Shown here one piece after another: positions 1-7,456 of a stretch of DNA of 60,913 bases. The first letter of the stretch is position 1, and each line of letters starts with the position of its first letter. The stretch lies in the IMG/VR virus record IMGVR_UViG_3300025706_000005, one strand, 5' to 3'. Below the pieces are notes generated by a model. It was not told the DNA's origin. It did not search any database and was given only the letters and a program-made list of their open reading frames with translations. The stretch is from a virus. The position numbers and the translations under genes are program-made.

Positions 1-127
1 CGCTACACCATTTTAATCCGCTATTTCTATTGTCGAGATATTGAATTAGGCTTACGCCTGTTTTCCTTGCTGCAACCAATAACGCGCCATATTCTGTTTG
101 CGACATACCTGTAATATAGTGTTATAA
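1..127. repeat. Terminal overlap, copy 1 (identical to 60787..60913); indicates a circularly closed contig
   Basis: Bases 1-127 (cgctacaccattttaatccg ... gtaatatagtgttataa) are repeated base for base as the last 127 nt of the window. Confidence 0.95.
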
Positions 128-141
128 ACTGTTTCTGTCAA
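113..141 (-). promoter_or_regulatory. Sigma70-type promoter of the HNH gene, spanning the contig junction
   Basis: Minus strand reads TTGACA (141-136), a 17-nt spacer GAAACAGTTTATAACAC, then TATATT (118-113). ACAGGT follows, then the ATG at 106 (equivalent to 60892). Confidence 0.6.
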
Positions 142-143
142 CT

Positions 144-470
144 CTATTCGTTATTGTGAACCTTATAGCCTTTGGCCTCTGCAATTGTAGGGCTCGTTGC
201 TATGGCCGTATAAGAGCCGCTGCAATCAGGACATTCCAGGTTAAGGCTCTTGCTGCCCAGCATAGGGAAGGCCCTCAATACGGCTCCGCAATCTCCGCAT
301 AGAACCTTGTGCGGATTGGTGATGCAAACTGCGTCGGCTCCGTTTTTAGTTCCACGGACCAGATAACAGCAGGCGCCGCGCTCCAGCTGCTCAAATACGC
401 TGGGCTTCAGGGCCTCTTTCTTCACAGTTTTCAGGACCGCCTGCATCCTCAACCTTTCGGTGCGCTTCAT
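144..470 (-). CDS. Hypothetical Cys-rich protein, zinc-ribbon-like, 108 aa
   Basis: ATG-started ORF with paired Cys motifs (CGDCG ... CPDCSG). It is the last gene before the HNH promoter. The reading frame stays open upstream as far as 626. Confidence 0.5.
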   Translation of the reverse strand: MKRTERLRMQAVLKTVKKEALKPSVFEQLERGACCYLVRGTKNGADAVCITNPHKVLCGDCGAVLRAFPMLGSKSLNLECPDCSGSYTAIATSPTIAEAKGYKVHNNE

Positions 471-626
471 AGGCGCCTGGCTTTCAGGCTTCGTAGGTGC
501 AGCTGTAGGCTTGGTCCTGGCAACGTCCGGGGGTACTGGCTCCAGGTATCCTGGCGTCAGGACGTAATCATCGACGTAATATTTTTCCTTTGGTGGTCCG
601 ACGTGTATTTCTTCCTGGAAAATGGT

Positions 627-854
627 TCACCCCAGCAAGTGTTCGTTTAAAATCATGCGCCCGGTTTCGCCTTCGGTGATGTCGGTGGTCGAAAGGACCT
701 TATCTTTCAGGTCATTCACGGATTTAATGAGACTATTCAGAAACACCTTCTTGACGCTGCTGTCCACCAGGGACGTGACCTTCGTAAACTCCAGGGCATT
801 ATCGGCAACTGTTCCGGCCAGCAGGGCAATGGTTATGCGCTCTACTGATTTCAC
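627..854 (-). CDS. Hypothetical protein, 75 aa
   Basis: ORF with an ATGA start/stop overlap to the upstream gene. Its TGA stop is in frame with the 144..470 ORF. Confidence 0.5.
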   Translation of the reverse strand: MKSVERITIALLAGTVADNALEFTKVTSLVDSSVKKVFLNSLIKSVNDLKDKVLSTTDITEGETGRMILNEHLLG

Positions 855-1399
855 TTAACCGGCTCCAGGTCCATTACAACCCTGACTACTGTTTTGTCTT
901 CCCCCTCTACCGCCTTGTCGATGCCCAGCTCAAGCTGTCCGCGCTCCCCCATAATATAGGCCCTGGTCTGGACCAGCAACTCCTCCAGCTTCCTGACTGT
1001 ATGGGATTTCAGGCATTGTTCCGGCAGCGGATCGTCGTCGTTGTAGCTGTCGCTGGCCTTGTGGGGGGTATTCAGGCAAAGCGGACAGTTCGCCGTGGCC
1101 AGCTTAACCTGGAAGGTGATGGTAGCGCCCATAACTTCTTTGTCGCCGCCGTAGCTGAAGGATACGCCGCTGACTGTGACGACGTGTTTCTGAAAACTCT
1201 TCTTCAGCTCACACAATTCCAGGCAGTCTTCTGCCAGGGAAGCCAGGGCAACCGGAAGCTCCGGCTTCGGATTGGCCTTCTTGTAGGTGACAGAAAACTC
1301 GTCCCAGCGGTCTTCCTTCAGGCCGACAATCTGGCCATTAGGCAGGGCGTATTCGATGGTGAGCGTGCCATCCTTCAGTTTTACCTTGAGTATCCGCAT
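851..1399 (-). CDS. Hypothetical protein, 182 aa
   Basis: ATG preceded by AAGGAGAACC. Non-repetitive, protein-like sequence. First gene after the tRNA and repeat region. Confidence 0.6.
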   Translation of the reverse strand: MRILKVKLKDGTLTIEYALPNGQIVGLKEDRWDEFSVTYKKANPKPELPVALASLAEDCLELCELKKSFQKHVVTVSGVSFSYGGDKEVMGATITFQVKLATANCPLCLNTPHKASDSYNDDDPLPEQCLKSHTVRKLEELLVQTRAYIMGERGQLELGIDKAVEGEDKTVVRVVMDLEPVK

Positions 1400-1538
1400 A
1401 GGTTCTCCTTGTAAACCGCGTCCCGTAATGCCGGCACACGGCGCGATGATTTAAAAGTTTCGTCCTGAAGGGGAAGCCTGGGGTGGTCTGTAAGGGGAAC
1501 ACAACACTTCCCAGGATATTCGGCCTCGCGGCCTTATG

Positions 1539-1620
1539 TTGCAACTTTCGGGCTTTCAGCCTTACGGTCTTACCTGTTTGCAACCTTACAACCTTGCGGT
1601 CTTGCAACCTTGAGCCTTGC
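1539..1620. repeat. Iteron-like cluster of TTGCAAC(C/T)TT and CAACCTT direct repeats in a 270-nt non-coding region
   Basis: TTGCAAC at 1539-1545. TTGCAACCTT at 1578-1587 and 1602-1611. CAACCTT at 1589-1595. CTTAC twice at 1561-1574. GGCC-TCGC-GGCC hairpin at 1522-1533. Confidence 0.6.
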
Positions 1621-1668
1621 TGTGGCGGAACCCTGCCGGGCTCCAGGCCAGCCCTGACTTGGGCCGTT

Positions 1669-1745
1669 TGGTGTGCCGTATGGGATTTGAACCCATGACC
1701 TTCGGTTAGAAAAACCGATGCCCTAACCAACTGGGCTAACAGCTC
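1669..1745 (-). tRNA. tRNA, 77 nt with encoded CCA. Anticodon loop is UUUUCUA; the canonical register gives UUC (Glu), isotype uncertain
   Basis: Reverse complement folds as GAGCTGT-TA-GCCC-AGTTGGTTA-GGGC-A-TCGGT-TTTTCTA-ACCGA-AGGTC-ATGGG-TTCAAAT-CCCAT-ACGGCAC-A-CCA. There is one A2:A71 acceptor mismatch and a U at position 37. Confidence 0.8.
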
Positions 1746-1819
1746 ATGTTGCCAGTTATCGCTTGGCTGCGTCTTCCTTTTCAGTTTTTATCTCCCTGCA
1801 TACGAAACTTGTTATTCGA

Positions 1820-2356
1820 TTACTTTTCCGGGAAAACCAGGTCGGTCGTGGCGTTCACAACCTCCAGGGTGGCGTCGATGCGCGCCGGCTCCGCCATGTA
1901 GAGCATGACTTTCGCGTCGCGCGCGGCCTGGTCGTAGTAGCGCCGGACGTGTGACACTATGACCTGCTCGGATTTCGCGTCGGGCCGGTAGGCCTGGTCT
2001 TTCAGGCCGCGATTGGTCAGGCCTTCCCAGGCAGCCCGGTCCATTGCCGCCAGCTCTCGGCGCCGGAGTATCCAGCCCTGGATGGTCTTGCTGGGATTGG
2101 AGCCGTCCTCCATTTCGACGGGCACCTTGACCGTGACATTGGTGAAGGTGATGGCGATGCGGAGCTTTTCGATTTCCCTGGTCAGGTCCTGGTGGGCCTG
2201 GAGCCAGGAAGCGATCTGCGCGCGCTGGTCCTCCGCCGTCTTGTAGGTCGGGCTATCGGTGTCGTAGTCCGCGCAATATGTCTGGATTTTCTTCTGAAGG
2301 TCAACTGCCTTGCGCGTCAGGTCCTTCAGCTTCTTCATGCCCTCAATAATCTTCAT
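1820..2356 (-). CDS. Hypothetical coiled-coil protein, 178 aa (faint DIP1984/septicolysin-like layout)
   Basis: ATG preceded by CAAGAGGAGCCC. Helical heptad-like N-terminus and a central TNVTV segment. The family resemblance is weak. Confidence 0.55.
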   Translation of the reverse strand: MKIIEGMKKLKDLTRKAVDLQKKIQTYCADYDTDSPTYKTAEDQRAQIASWLQAHQDLTREIEKLRIAITFTNVTVKVPVEMEDGSNPSKTIQGWILRRRELAAMDRAAWEGLTNRGLKDQAYRPDAKSEQVIVSHVRRYYDQAARDAKVMLYMAEPARIDATLEVVNATTDLVFPEK

Positions 2357-2395
2357 GGGCTCCTCTTGGTTTGTGGTTTATTCTTTCGCCTGGTA

Positions 2396-2584
2396 TTACC
2401 AGGTAGCTTTTGCAATTTGCAATTTGAGTTCAGGAATGCGTTCCGGGTCGTCGGTCCATAAGCATTTTTTAACGCCCAGCTTCTTGATGCGATATACTGT
2501 TTTCCCGGTGCGCTTGCTCTTCCTGTCGGTCACTTTGATTTCAGCCATAGCAGGGTTGCCTCCGTTTAATTTTAATGTAAACAT
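2396..2584 (-). CDS. Hypothetical basic protein, 62 aa
   Basis: Tightly packed ORF sharing one base with the upstream stop. Lys/Arg-rich. Confidence 0.45.
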   Translation of the reverse strand: MFTLKLNGGNPAMAEIKVTDRKSKRTGKTVYRIKKLGVKKCLWTDDPERIPELKLQIAKATW

Positions 2585-3087
2585 TAATTGCCTCCGTAGC
2601 AGCCGCGTAAAGCCGCGACAATGCCAGCAAAAAGCAGGATGCCGGCCAGGATAAAGTCTTTCCTGGTGAGCCTGCGCTTCGGCGCCTGTGCCGGCTTCGC
2701 CTTCTCGTTCATGGTGTATTTTGCCAGCTGGGCAATCATCTGCGCGTTCTCTCTCTTCACGGCCTGATACTCGGCCCTGGCCTGGTGAAACATGGTGTAG
2801 TAGTAGGCCGTGGTGTGAAAAGGGTTCTTCGGGTTAAGCGGCTCTCCGTTCAAAGTCCCGCCCTGCGGTATCTCGCTTGCAGCTGCTGAAGCCATGACAA
2901 TCACCTGGTCGTCGGTCATAAACTTCTGCTCAACCGGAATGAAAAACATTTTGCATGAATGGGCTCTATTGTATTCATGCCCGGAAATGGCGCCGTAGGG
3001 CTTGCACTCCCAGTCGCTCATGGCGCCTTCGCCGCTGAATACGGCGGAGCCCTTTATGAAGTATCCGCATTTTGAGCAAGCCTTCAT
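2584..3087 (-). CDS. Hypothetical C-terminally membrane-anchored protein, 167 aa
   Basis: N-terminal CSKCG motif. C-terminal hydrophobic segment FILAGILLFAGIVAAL. ATGA overlap with the upstream gene. Confidence 0.55.
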   Translation of the reverse strand: MKACSKCGYFIKGSAVFSGEGAMSDWECKPYGAISGHEYNRAHSCKMFFIPVEQKFMTDDQVIVMASAAASEIPQGGTLNGEPLNPKNPFHTTAYYYTMFHQARAEYQAVKRENAQMIAQLAKYTMNEKAKPAQAPKRRLTRKDFILAGILLFAGIVAALRGCYGGN

Positions 3088-3593
3088 CGTCCCACGTCCT
3101 CAAGTGTGAAGCCGATGACGCGCTTGTCCCAGAAGGCTGATTTGCCAAACACCTTCACGGCTTTCTCGTAAGCGTCTTCCGCCAGGTCGAGCTGGGCATT
3201 GAATTTCCGCCGGGCCAGCCAGAGCCGTGGCTTCACCAGGCTTCCACCCATAATTTTCAGAACCTGCATTTCGTAATGGTCACGGATAAGCCGGTCCATG
3301 TTATCGCCAAAAGTCTCGTCGGCCACCATCTTGTCTTCCCGGTCCTTTCCGAATTGGTAAGACCAATTATGAATATGGCCGGCAATCGTGACGCAAACTC
3401 CCAGGATGCGGTCAGGGACCATGGCGCCGTATCCTGAAGGACCGCACCCATTACAGATTGGCTTGCCGCCGCCCAGGTCTGGGTCGAATTTCTGAGGCCA
3501 TAAAGCCTTCTCAAACTTGAAATGGCAGGTCAGCTCAACTGTGGTGCCGTAGTCGGTCAGGTGAAAATACTTGGCCTTAAATCTCTCGCTCAC
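3084..3593 (-). CDS. Hypothetical protein, 169 aa, DUF1353-like
   Basis: GTG start preceded by GGGAGGAAAC. Segment IAGHIHNWSYQFGKDREDKMVADETFGDNM resembles the conserved core of DUF1353 (recalled from memory, not searched). Confidence 0.5.
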   Translation of the reverse strand: MSERFKAKYFHLTDYGTTVELTCHFKFEKALWPQKFDPDLGGGKPICNGCGPSGYGAMVPDRILGVCVTIAGHIHNWSYQFGKDREDKMVADETFGDNMDRLIRDHYEMQVLKIMGGSLVKPRLWLARRKFNAQLDLAEDAYEKAVKVFGKSAFWDKRVIGFTLEDVGR

Positions 3594-3771
3594 GTTTCCT
3601 CCCGCCCTTCTTCGGCTTCGGCCTCTTGGTATCCCAGGGAAGATACCAATTCTTGCCGCGCTTCTCGATTTCAGGCAGCCGCCCTTCAGCGGCCCATTGT
3701 CTCGCCCTCTGTTCGCTCACTCCCACGTTGTCCGCCCAATGCGTCAGTCCGATTTTAATCCTTGAAGGCAT
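3577..3771 (-). CDS. Small HTH DNA-binding protein, 64 aa, Xis/AlpA/MerR-like
   Basis: LTHWADNVGVSEQRARQWAAEGRLPEIEKRGKNWYLPW fits the winged-HTH excisionase-like pattern. Basic C-terminal tail. Confidence 0.5.
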   Translation of the reverse strand: MPSRIKIGLTHWADNVGVSEQRARQWAAEGRLPEIEKRGKNWYLPWDTKRPKPKKGGRKREREI

Positions 3772-3807
3772 GGCTGTAATATACCTTGTTGTAGCGATTA
3801 ACGCAAC

Positions 3808-4107
3808 CTATTTCTTTTGGTCGCTGATTTCCATGAGATACTTGTAAACGCTGTCGGCCTTCCCGTCCCAGTAAAGCGTCCGCGTTGCTTTGATTGGCCG
3901 GACCTGGTAGGTGAAGCCGTCCTGTTCAAAGGTGAAGCCTGGGACCTGTGACCTGGGGATGACGACGTAGCTTTTCCCGGCATGGCCGCCGATGGCTACT
4001 CCTGCCACCAGGGCCACGGCCAGGACAATGAGAAGCGGCGCCGAATACCTAATGATGGTCCAGAGTATCCAGGGAACGTGACGGACCATGAGAAGGCGCT
4101 CGATCAT
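3808..4107 (-). CDS. Membrane protein, 99 aa
   Basis: Start trimmed to the ATG at 4107, which forms an ATGA overlap with the upstream stop. Hydrophobic span VPWILWTIIRYSAPLLIVLAVALVAGVAIGG. The longer 169-aa version has a low-complexity R/G extension overlapping the upstream gene. Confidence 0.55.
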   Translation of the reverse strand: MIERLLMVRHVPWILWTIIRYSAPLLIVLAVALVAGVAIGGHAGKSYVVIPRSQVPGFTFEQDGFTYQVRPIKATRTLYWDGKADSVYKYLMEISDQKK

Positions 4108-5270
4108 GGGTTCTCCACGTTTGGCGCCTCCGGCCTCGATGTCAGGATTTCCTGCTGCGTCTGTCCGGCTTCCTGGCCTGCCTTGAAGGCCTGCTCCTCT
4201 TCTTTCTCCTCCGCCTGCTCGTCCAGGGCGCGCCTCTTCTCCGTTCCCAGGGGAACGCTGTTGTTTCCGGTCTGGTTGTCGTTGACGCTCATTACGTCGT
4301 CCGGGACTGTATCGCATACCAGACTAACCTCCAGCTGGTAAACGCGCTTCATTCCGTCCGGGATGTTGAAGCCGTATGGCTTCAGGTGTTCCGCCTTCAT
4401 TTCAAGGCGCTTTACCGCCCTCCAGGCCCGGAGAGTAGGGCTGATGTCTTTGGGGACCTCCAGCTCTCCGTGGCGGACCAGGCCTTCCATGAAAAAGTCG
4501 CCTCCGCCTTCAAAGGGCTTCTGCTCGATGTATTTCTGGAGCTGTCTGGCAGCTGTCAGACATTCTGCGGCGTCCGGCGCGCTTCCGTCCGCAACCTGCT
4601 GCTCGGTAGGAATTTCCTTCGACGGCGGTTCCGTGAAGATTTCTTCGTTGCTGTTCGGTTCCATTGGTCCTCCTTCGGGCTTGTTGCCCATTACAAGTTT
4701 CACGTTAAGCTCATAGGTCCTGGCCATTCCTTCCGGGACTGCGGTTTTGAAAGCCGTGAGCTGGTAGTTCTGGTAGTTCCTGGATTTGAATATCTGGAAA
4801 ATGCGGGTGCCCTTCGGCCTGTGCGTCGCCCGGTCTTCGCCTTCCCGGACAGTCATTTCCAGGATGCAGGCCTTTCCCTGTTCCGGCGTCCCGTAGCCCT
4901 TAAACTCCAGCATTTCCTGAACAAAGCCGGCTACCATAAGAACCTCTGCATTGGTGACACGCTCCGCTGCCATCGGAGCCTCCTGCTGCTTTTCCATAGG
5001 TTCCCAGCTGGTGTCTTTGACGTATCGCTTACCGTCTATTACAACCGGGTCGCCCTGGCCCTTCATCTGCCTGACAACCTCGTCTATCTCCGAAAGCAGC
5101 GATCCCACGTTGGCCGGCGCCGGCGGCCTGGGCTCGTTGATGCTGGCCGATACTTTCTTCAGGTCTTCCAGGACCTTCTGGATTTCAGGGTCCTGGTTCT
5201 TCGGCTCTTCCGGCTTCGGGACCAGGTGCGCCTCTTTGTTGGCCATTGGATTGAAATTGTTAATTCTCAT
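4104..5270 (-). CDS. Hypothetical protein, 388 aa, with a weak internal duplication
   Basis: Long protein-like ORF. AVPEGMARTYELNVKLVMG is echoed by NIPDGMKRVYQLEVSLVCD. Confidence 0.65.
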   Translation of the reverse strand: MRINNFNPMANKEAHLVPKPEEPKNQDPEIQKVLEDLKKVSASINEPRPPAPANVGSLLSEIDEVVRQMKGQGDPVVIDGKRYVKDTSWEPMEKQQEAPMAAERVTNAEVLMVAGFVQEMLEFKGYGTPEQGKACILEMTVREGEDRATHRPKGTRIFQIFKSRNYQNYQLTAFKTAVPEGMARTYELNVKLVMGNKPEGGPMEPNSNEEIFTEPPSKEIPTEQQVADGSAPDAAECLTAARQLQKYIEQKPFEGGGDFFMEGLVRHGELEVPKDISPTLRAWRAVKRLEMKAEHLKPYGFNIPDGMKRVYQLEVSLVCDTVPDDVMSVNDNQTGNNSVPLGTEKRRALDEQAEEKEEEQAFKAGQEAGQTQQEILTSRPEAPNVENP

Positions 5271-5557
5271 ATCAGTCCTCCGTCGGGCGGGTTCGTGGTC
5301 AATTCCTTCGGCAGCAGAAGCTGGACTGTGCAGATACCTCTGTCGTCGTCATGGGCTTCGTGGAAAAGGAGCCTGGCCTGGATTTGCCCGATAACCTCCA
5401 GGGTCTTCTGGCTCATTTCCCGGTGCATGGCGTCCGCGTGCTTCTGGGCAATCGGCGCCAGCTCTCGCCGGATTTCGGCTTCGATGGCGTTCTGCCAGGC
5501 GGCCTTGAATATCTTGGCGTTTCTGGCCAGGGGGTTTGGCTTTTGGTTCGGCGTCAT
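5267..5557 (-). CDS. Hypothetical protein, 96 aa
   Basis: ATGA-coupled ORF in the early operon. Confidence 0.5.
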   Translation of the reverse strand: MTPNQKPNPLARNAKIFKAAWQNAIEAEIRRELAPIAQKHADAMHREMSQKTLEVIGQIQARLLFHEAHDDDRGICTVQLLLPKELTTNPPDGGLI

Positions 5558-5757
5558 AGAGTGTCCCTGCTTTTGGTGTTTCTCAACTCATTTCCGTAGA
5601 GCCATTCTGAAAGCAATTTGCCTTCAAAAAAATACCTGCACCTGTAAAGCCTGCCCTCAAAAACAGAACAGGATACCTCTACGACGCGCGCGTAAAGGTC
5701 CAGGTCGATGACGTAAACCCTGTCGCCCGGAACATACTCAAACTCAACCTGCTTCAT
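5554..5757 (-). CDS. Hypothetical small beta-rich protein, 67 aa
   Basis: ATGA-coupled ORF. Sequence VPGDRVYVIDLDLYARVVEV is SH3/KOW-like in character. Confidence 0.45.
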   Translation of the reverse strand: MKQVEFEYVPGDRVYVIDLDLYARVVEVSCSVFEGRLYRCRYFFEGKLLSEWLYGNELRNTKSRDTL

Positions 5758-6149
5758 TCAATACCCCTCACGATGTATTTCTTCCCGGATTTCACGCATT
5801 GCTTTATAGAGCAATCGCAAATGTTAATACGCTTTTCTTTTGTCTTCGGGTCCATGACGACGATAAAGCCCTGTCCGTAGTTGCATTTTTTACAGCTCTT
5901 GCTGGCCGGAAACTCCGTCAGGAATTGCCTTGCCGTGACAAATTTGATGCCGCCCTTCTTGGCTCTTATCCATGTCACAATCAAAGCGACACGGGCCTTA
6001 AAGAGCCGGAACAGGACCAGGAAAAAGGCTTTGATGTAGGTGGTGATGACTGTCACTCTGAAGCCGGCTTTCGCTTTCAGCTTCAGGAATATCTTGGCCA
6101 CGGCCTCGATGTCCAGGGGCGCGTCGGGTCTGTCGGTCATGTCAGGCAT
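5754..6149 (-). CDS. Hypothetical membrane / zinc-ribbon protein, 131 aa
   Basis: Hydrophobic segment VITTYIKAFFLVLFRLF. C-terminal CKKC ... CDCSIKQC motif. Confidence 0.5.
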   Translation of the reverse strand: MPDMTDRPDAPLDIEAVAKIFLKLKAKAGFRVTVITTYIKAFFLVLFRLFKARVALIVTWIRAKKGGIKFVTARQFLTEFPASKSCKKCNYGQGFIVVMDPKTKEKRINICDCSIKQCVKSGKKYIVRGIE

Positions 6150-6439
6150 AGGGCTTCAACCTCCTTCTCAAGTTCTGCGCCGTCGCAAGGCTTCAGCAAG
6201 CCAGTCTCAAAAAGCCTCCTCGGGACCGCCGGGTAGTTATTTGGGATACGCTGGCCGCCAGGAAGTTTGCAGGCGTGGCGCCATTCATCGTTTCCGTGAA
6301 AAGTCCAGCCGCCCAGGGCAACCTTCAGCGGACTGGCGCACGCCGCGCACGCAAGGTCGGCAGCCTCGGCCTTCATTATGGCCCTTTCCAGGTGACTTAC
6401 CTGGTGCCGGTGTTTTCGGGCTTTTGACGGGTCAAACAT
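6137..6439 (-). CDS. Hypothetical protein, 100 aa
   Basis: Start trimmed to the ATG at 6439, overlapping the upstream stop by 8 nt. The longer version is R/P-rich and overlaps 6432..6989. Confidence 0.45.
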   Translation of the reverse strand: MFDPSKARKHRHQVSHLERAIMKAEAADLACAACASPLKVALGGWTFHGNDEWRHACKLPGGQRIPNNYPAVPRRLFETGLLKPCDGAELEKEVEALCLT

Positions 6440-6989
6440 TTTCGTCCTCCTCGATGTCGGCTTCAGGGCTTTCCGGGGCTCCTGGAGGCTCCGGCGCCGC
6501 TTCCCTGGGCTTTCTGACGGCTCCCAGGCCCTCCAGCATGGCCAGGACCTGCGGAAGATGGCTGGCATGGCTCTCCGCGATGGCGGTGCAAACCTCATTC
6601 AGCAGGTTCACGTCGTCCGGCGGCCTGCCGGTTTCGTTCCAGGTCCGCATTTTCCAGACCTTATTCGCTGCCCTGCTGGCAGCAGCTTCAAAGGCGCTCA
6701 CGCTCTGCGGGTTCGCCTCATTCTTCAGCTCCTGGTAGATCAGGCTACTTATCATCACCAGGAAAACCTGGACCGGGAAAAAGCCTCCGCCGCCGGCCTG
6801 GGCCCTCTCCTTCATTTTCAGGTAAAGGTAGTCAAAAAACAGGGCCTTCTCGTAGTTGTTAAGCAGGGACGGCAGGGCTTCAACTCCAAGCTCCTGGGAA
6901 GGCGGGGCTCCGACGTTCACCAGCTTGAAAAGATAGGCCTCGCAATGCTCGATGAAATCACCTGGTTTGTTCAATCCTCGGACCATCAT
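6432..6989 (-). CDS. Hypothetical protein with acidic C-terminus, 185 aa
   Basis: ATG preceded by CAGGAGGAATG. Tail sequence is PESPEADIEEDENV. Confidence 0.6.
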   Translation of the reverse strand: MMVRGLNKPGDFIEHCEAYLFKLVNVGAPPSQELGVEALPSLLNNYEKALFFDYLYLKMKERAQAGGGGFFPVQVFLVMISSLIYQELKNEANPQSVSAFEAAASRAANKVWKMRTWNETGRPPDDVNLLNEVCTAIAESHASHLPQVLAMLEGLGAVRKPREAAPEPPGAPESPEADIEEDENV

Positions 6990-7051
6990 TCCTCCTGTGC
7001 GGTTTCTGAATTTTATGATTTCCCGTTTTTTCCTGGAGTTTAATGGGTATC

Positions 7052-7456
7052 CTACTTCTTGGTAGGCAATTTTTGCCTGGTCCCATTATTCGGGCAACTG
7101 TCGCACGCTGTCCTCCAGCCATATACGCAAAGGCTTCCGGGCCGGTAGTTGTAGCAGGTTCTGGTCTTCGGGTAGTCCTCGCTCTTGATGCCGCCCATGA
7201 TGACCATTGCTTCGTGGGCGCTGGTAATGATGGCCCATTGGCCGTTCCATTTGCCGATGAATTTCTTTTCGTCTGCGGTCAGGACCTCGCTGCCTGGGGT
7301 CTTGATTTCAAACAGGAAGGTGACGCCGCCGCGCCCGACAATGATGTCACCGGCTCCGCCTTTGAGCTGGGAAATGTCGTGGACGCTGATGCCTACGCGG
7401 CGGAGAGCTTCTACGATTTCCTTGTGAACGTCGTCCCTCTTGTGCCTGTTATTCAT
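7052..7456 (-). CDS. VRR-NUC-like PD-(D/E)xK nuclease with a Cys-rich tail, 134 aa
   Basis: Start trimmed to the ATG at 7456 (ATGA overlap). GAGDIIVGRGGVTFLFEIKTPGSEVLTADEKKF fits the G-x-x-D ... E-x-K ... Q/E-x-x-F VRR-NUC layout. C-terminal CYNY...C...CDSC. Confidence 0.6.
   Translation of the reverse strand: MNNRHKRDDVHKEIVEALRRVGISVHDISQLKGGAGDIIVGRGGVTFLFEIKTPGSEVLTADEKKFIGKWNGQWAIITSAHEAMVIMGGIKSEDYPKTRTCYNYRPGSLCVYGWRTACDSCPNNGTRQKLPTKK

Noticed and set aside
627-629. Genome-wide TGA reassignment (alternative genetic code) as the explanation for the in-frame TGA.
   Set aside because: TGA functions as the stop in many ATGA start/stop overlaps across the genome, and the long ORFs are intact under the standard code. 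Any read-through would therefore be local.
1338-1730. 130-aa minus-strand ORF spanning the repeat region and the tRNA.
   Set aside because: It overlaps the tRNA gene. Its repetitive Arg/Lys/Gln-rich translation simply mirrors the DNA direct repeats, and it runs into the start of the downstream gene.
4104-5270. Internal duplication in the 388-aa early protein (AVPEGMARTYELNVKLVMG versus NIPDGMKRVYQLEVSLVCD).
   Set aside because: The similarity covers only about 20 residues, and I cannot show it extends to whole domains without an alignment tool. It is noted in the feature but not promoted to a finding.
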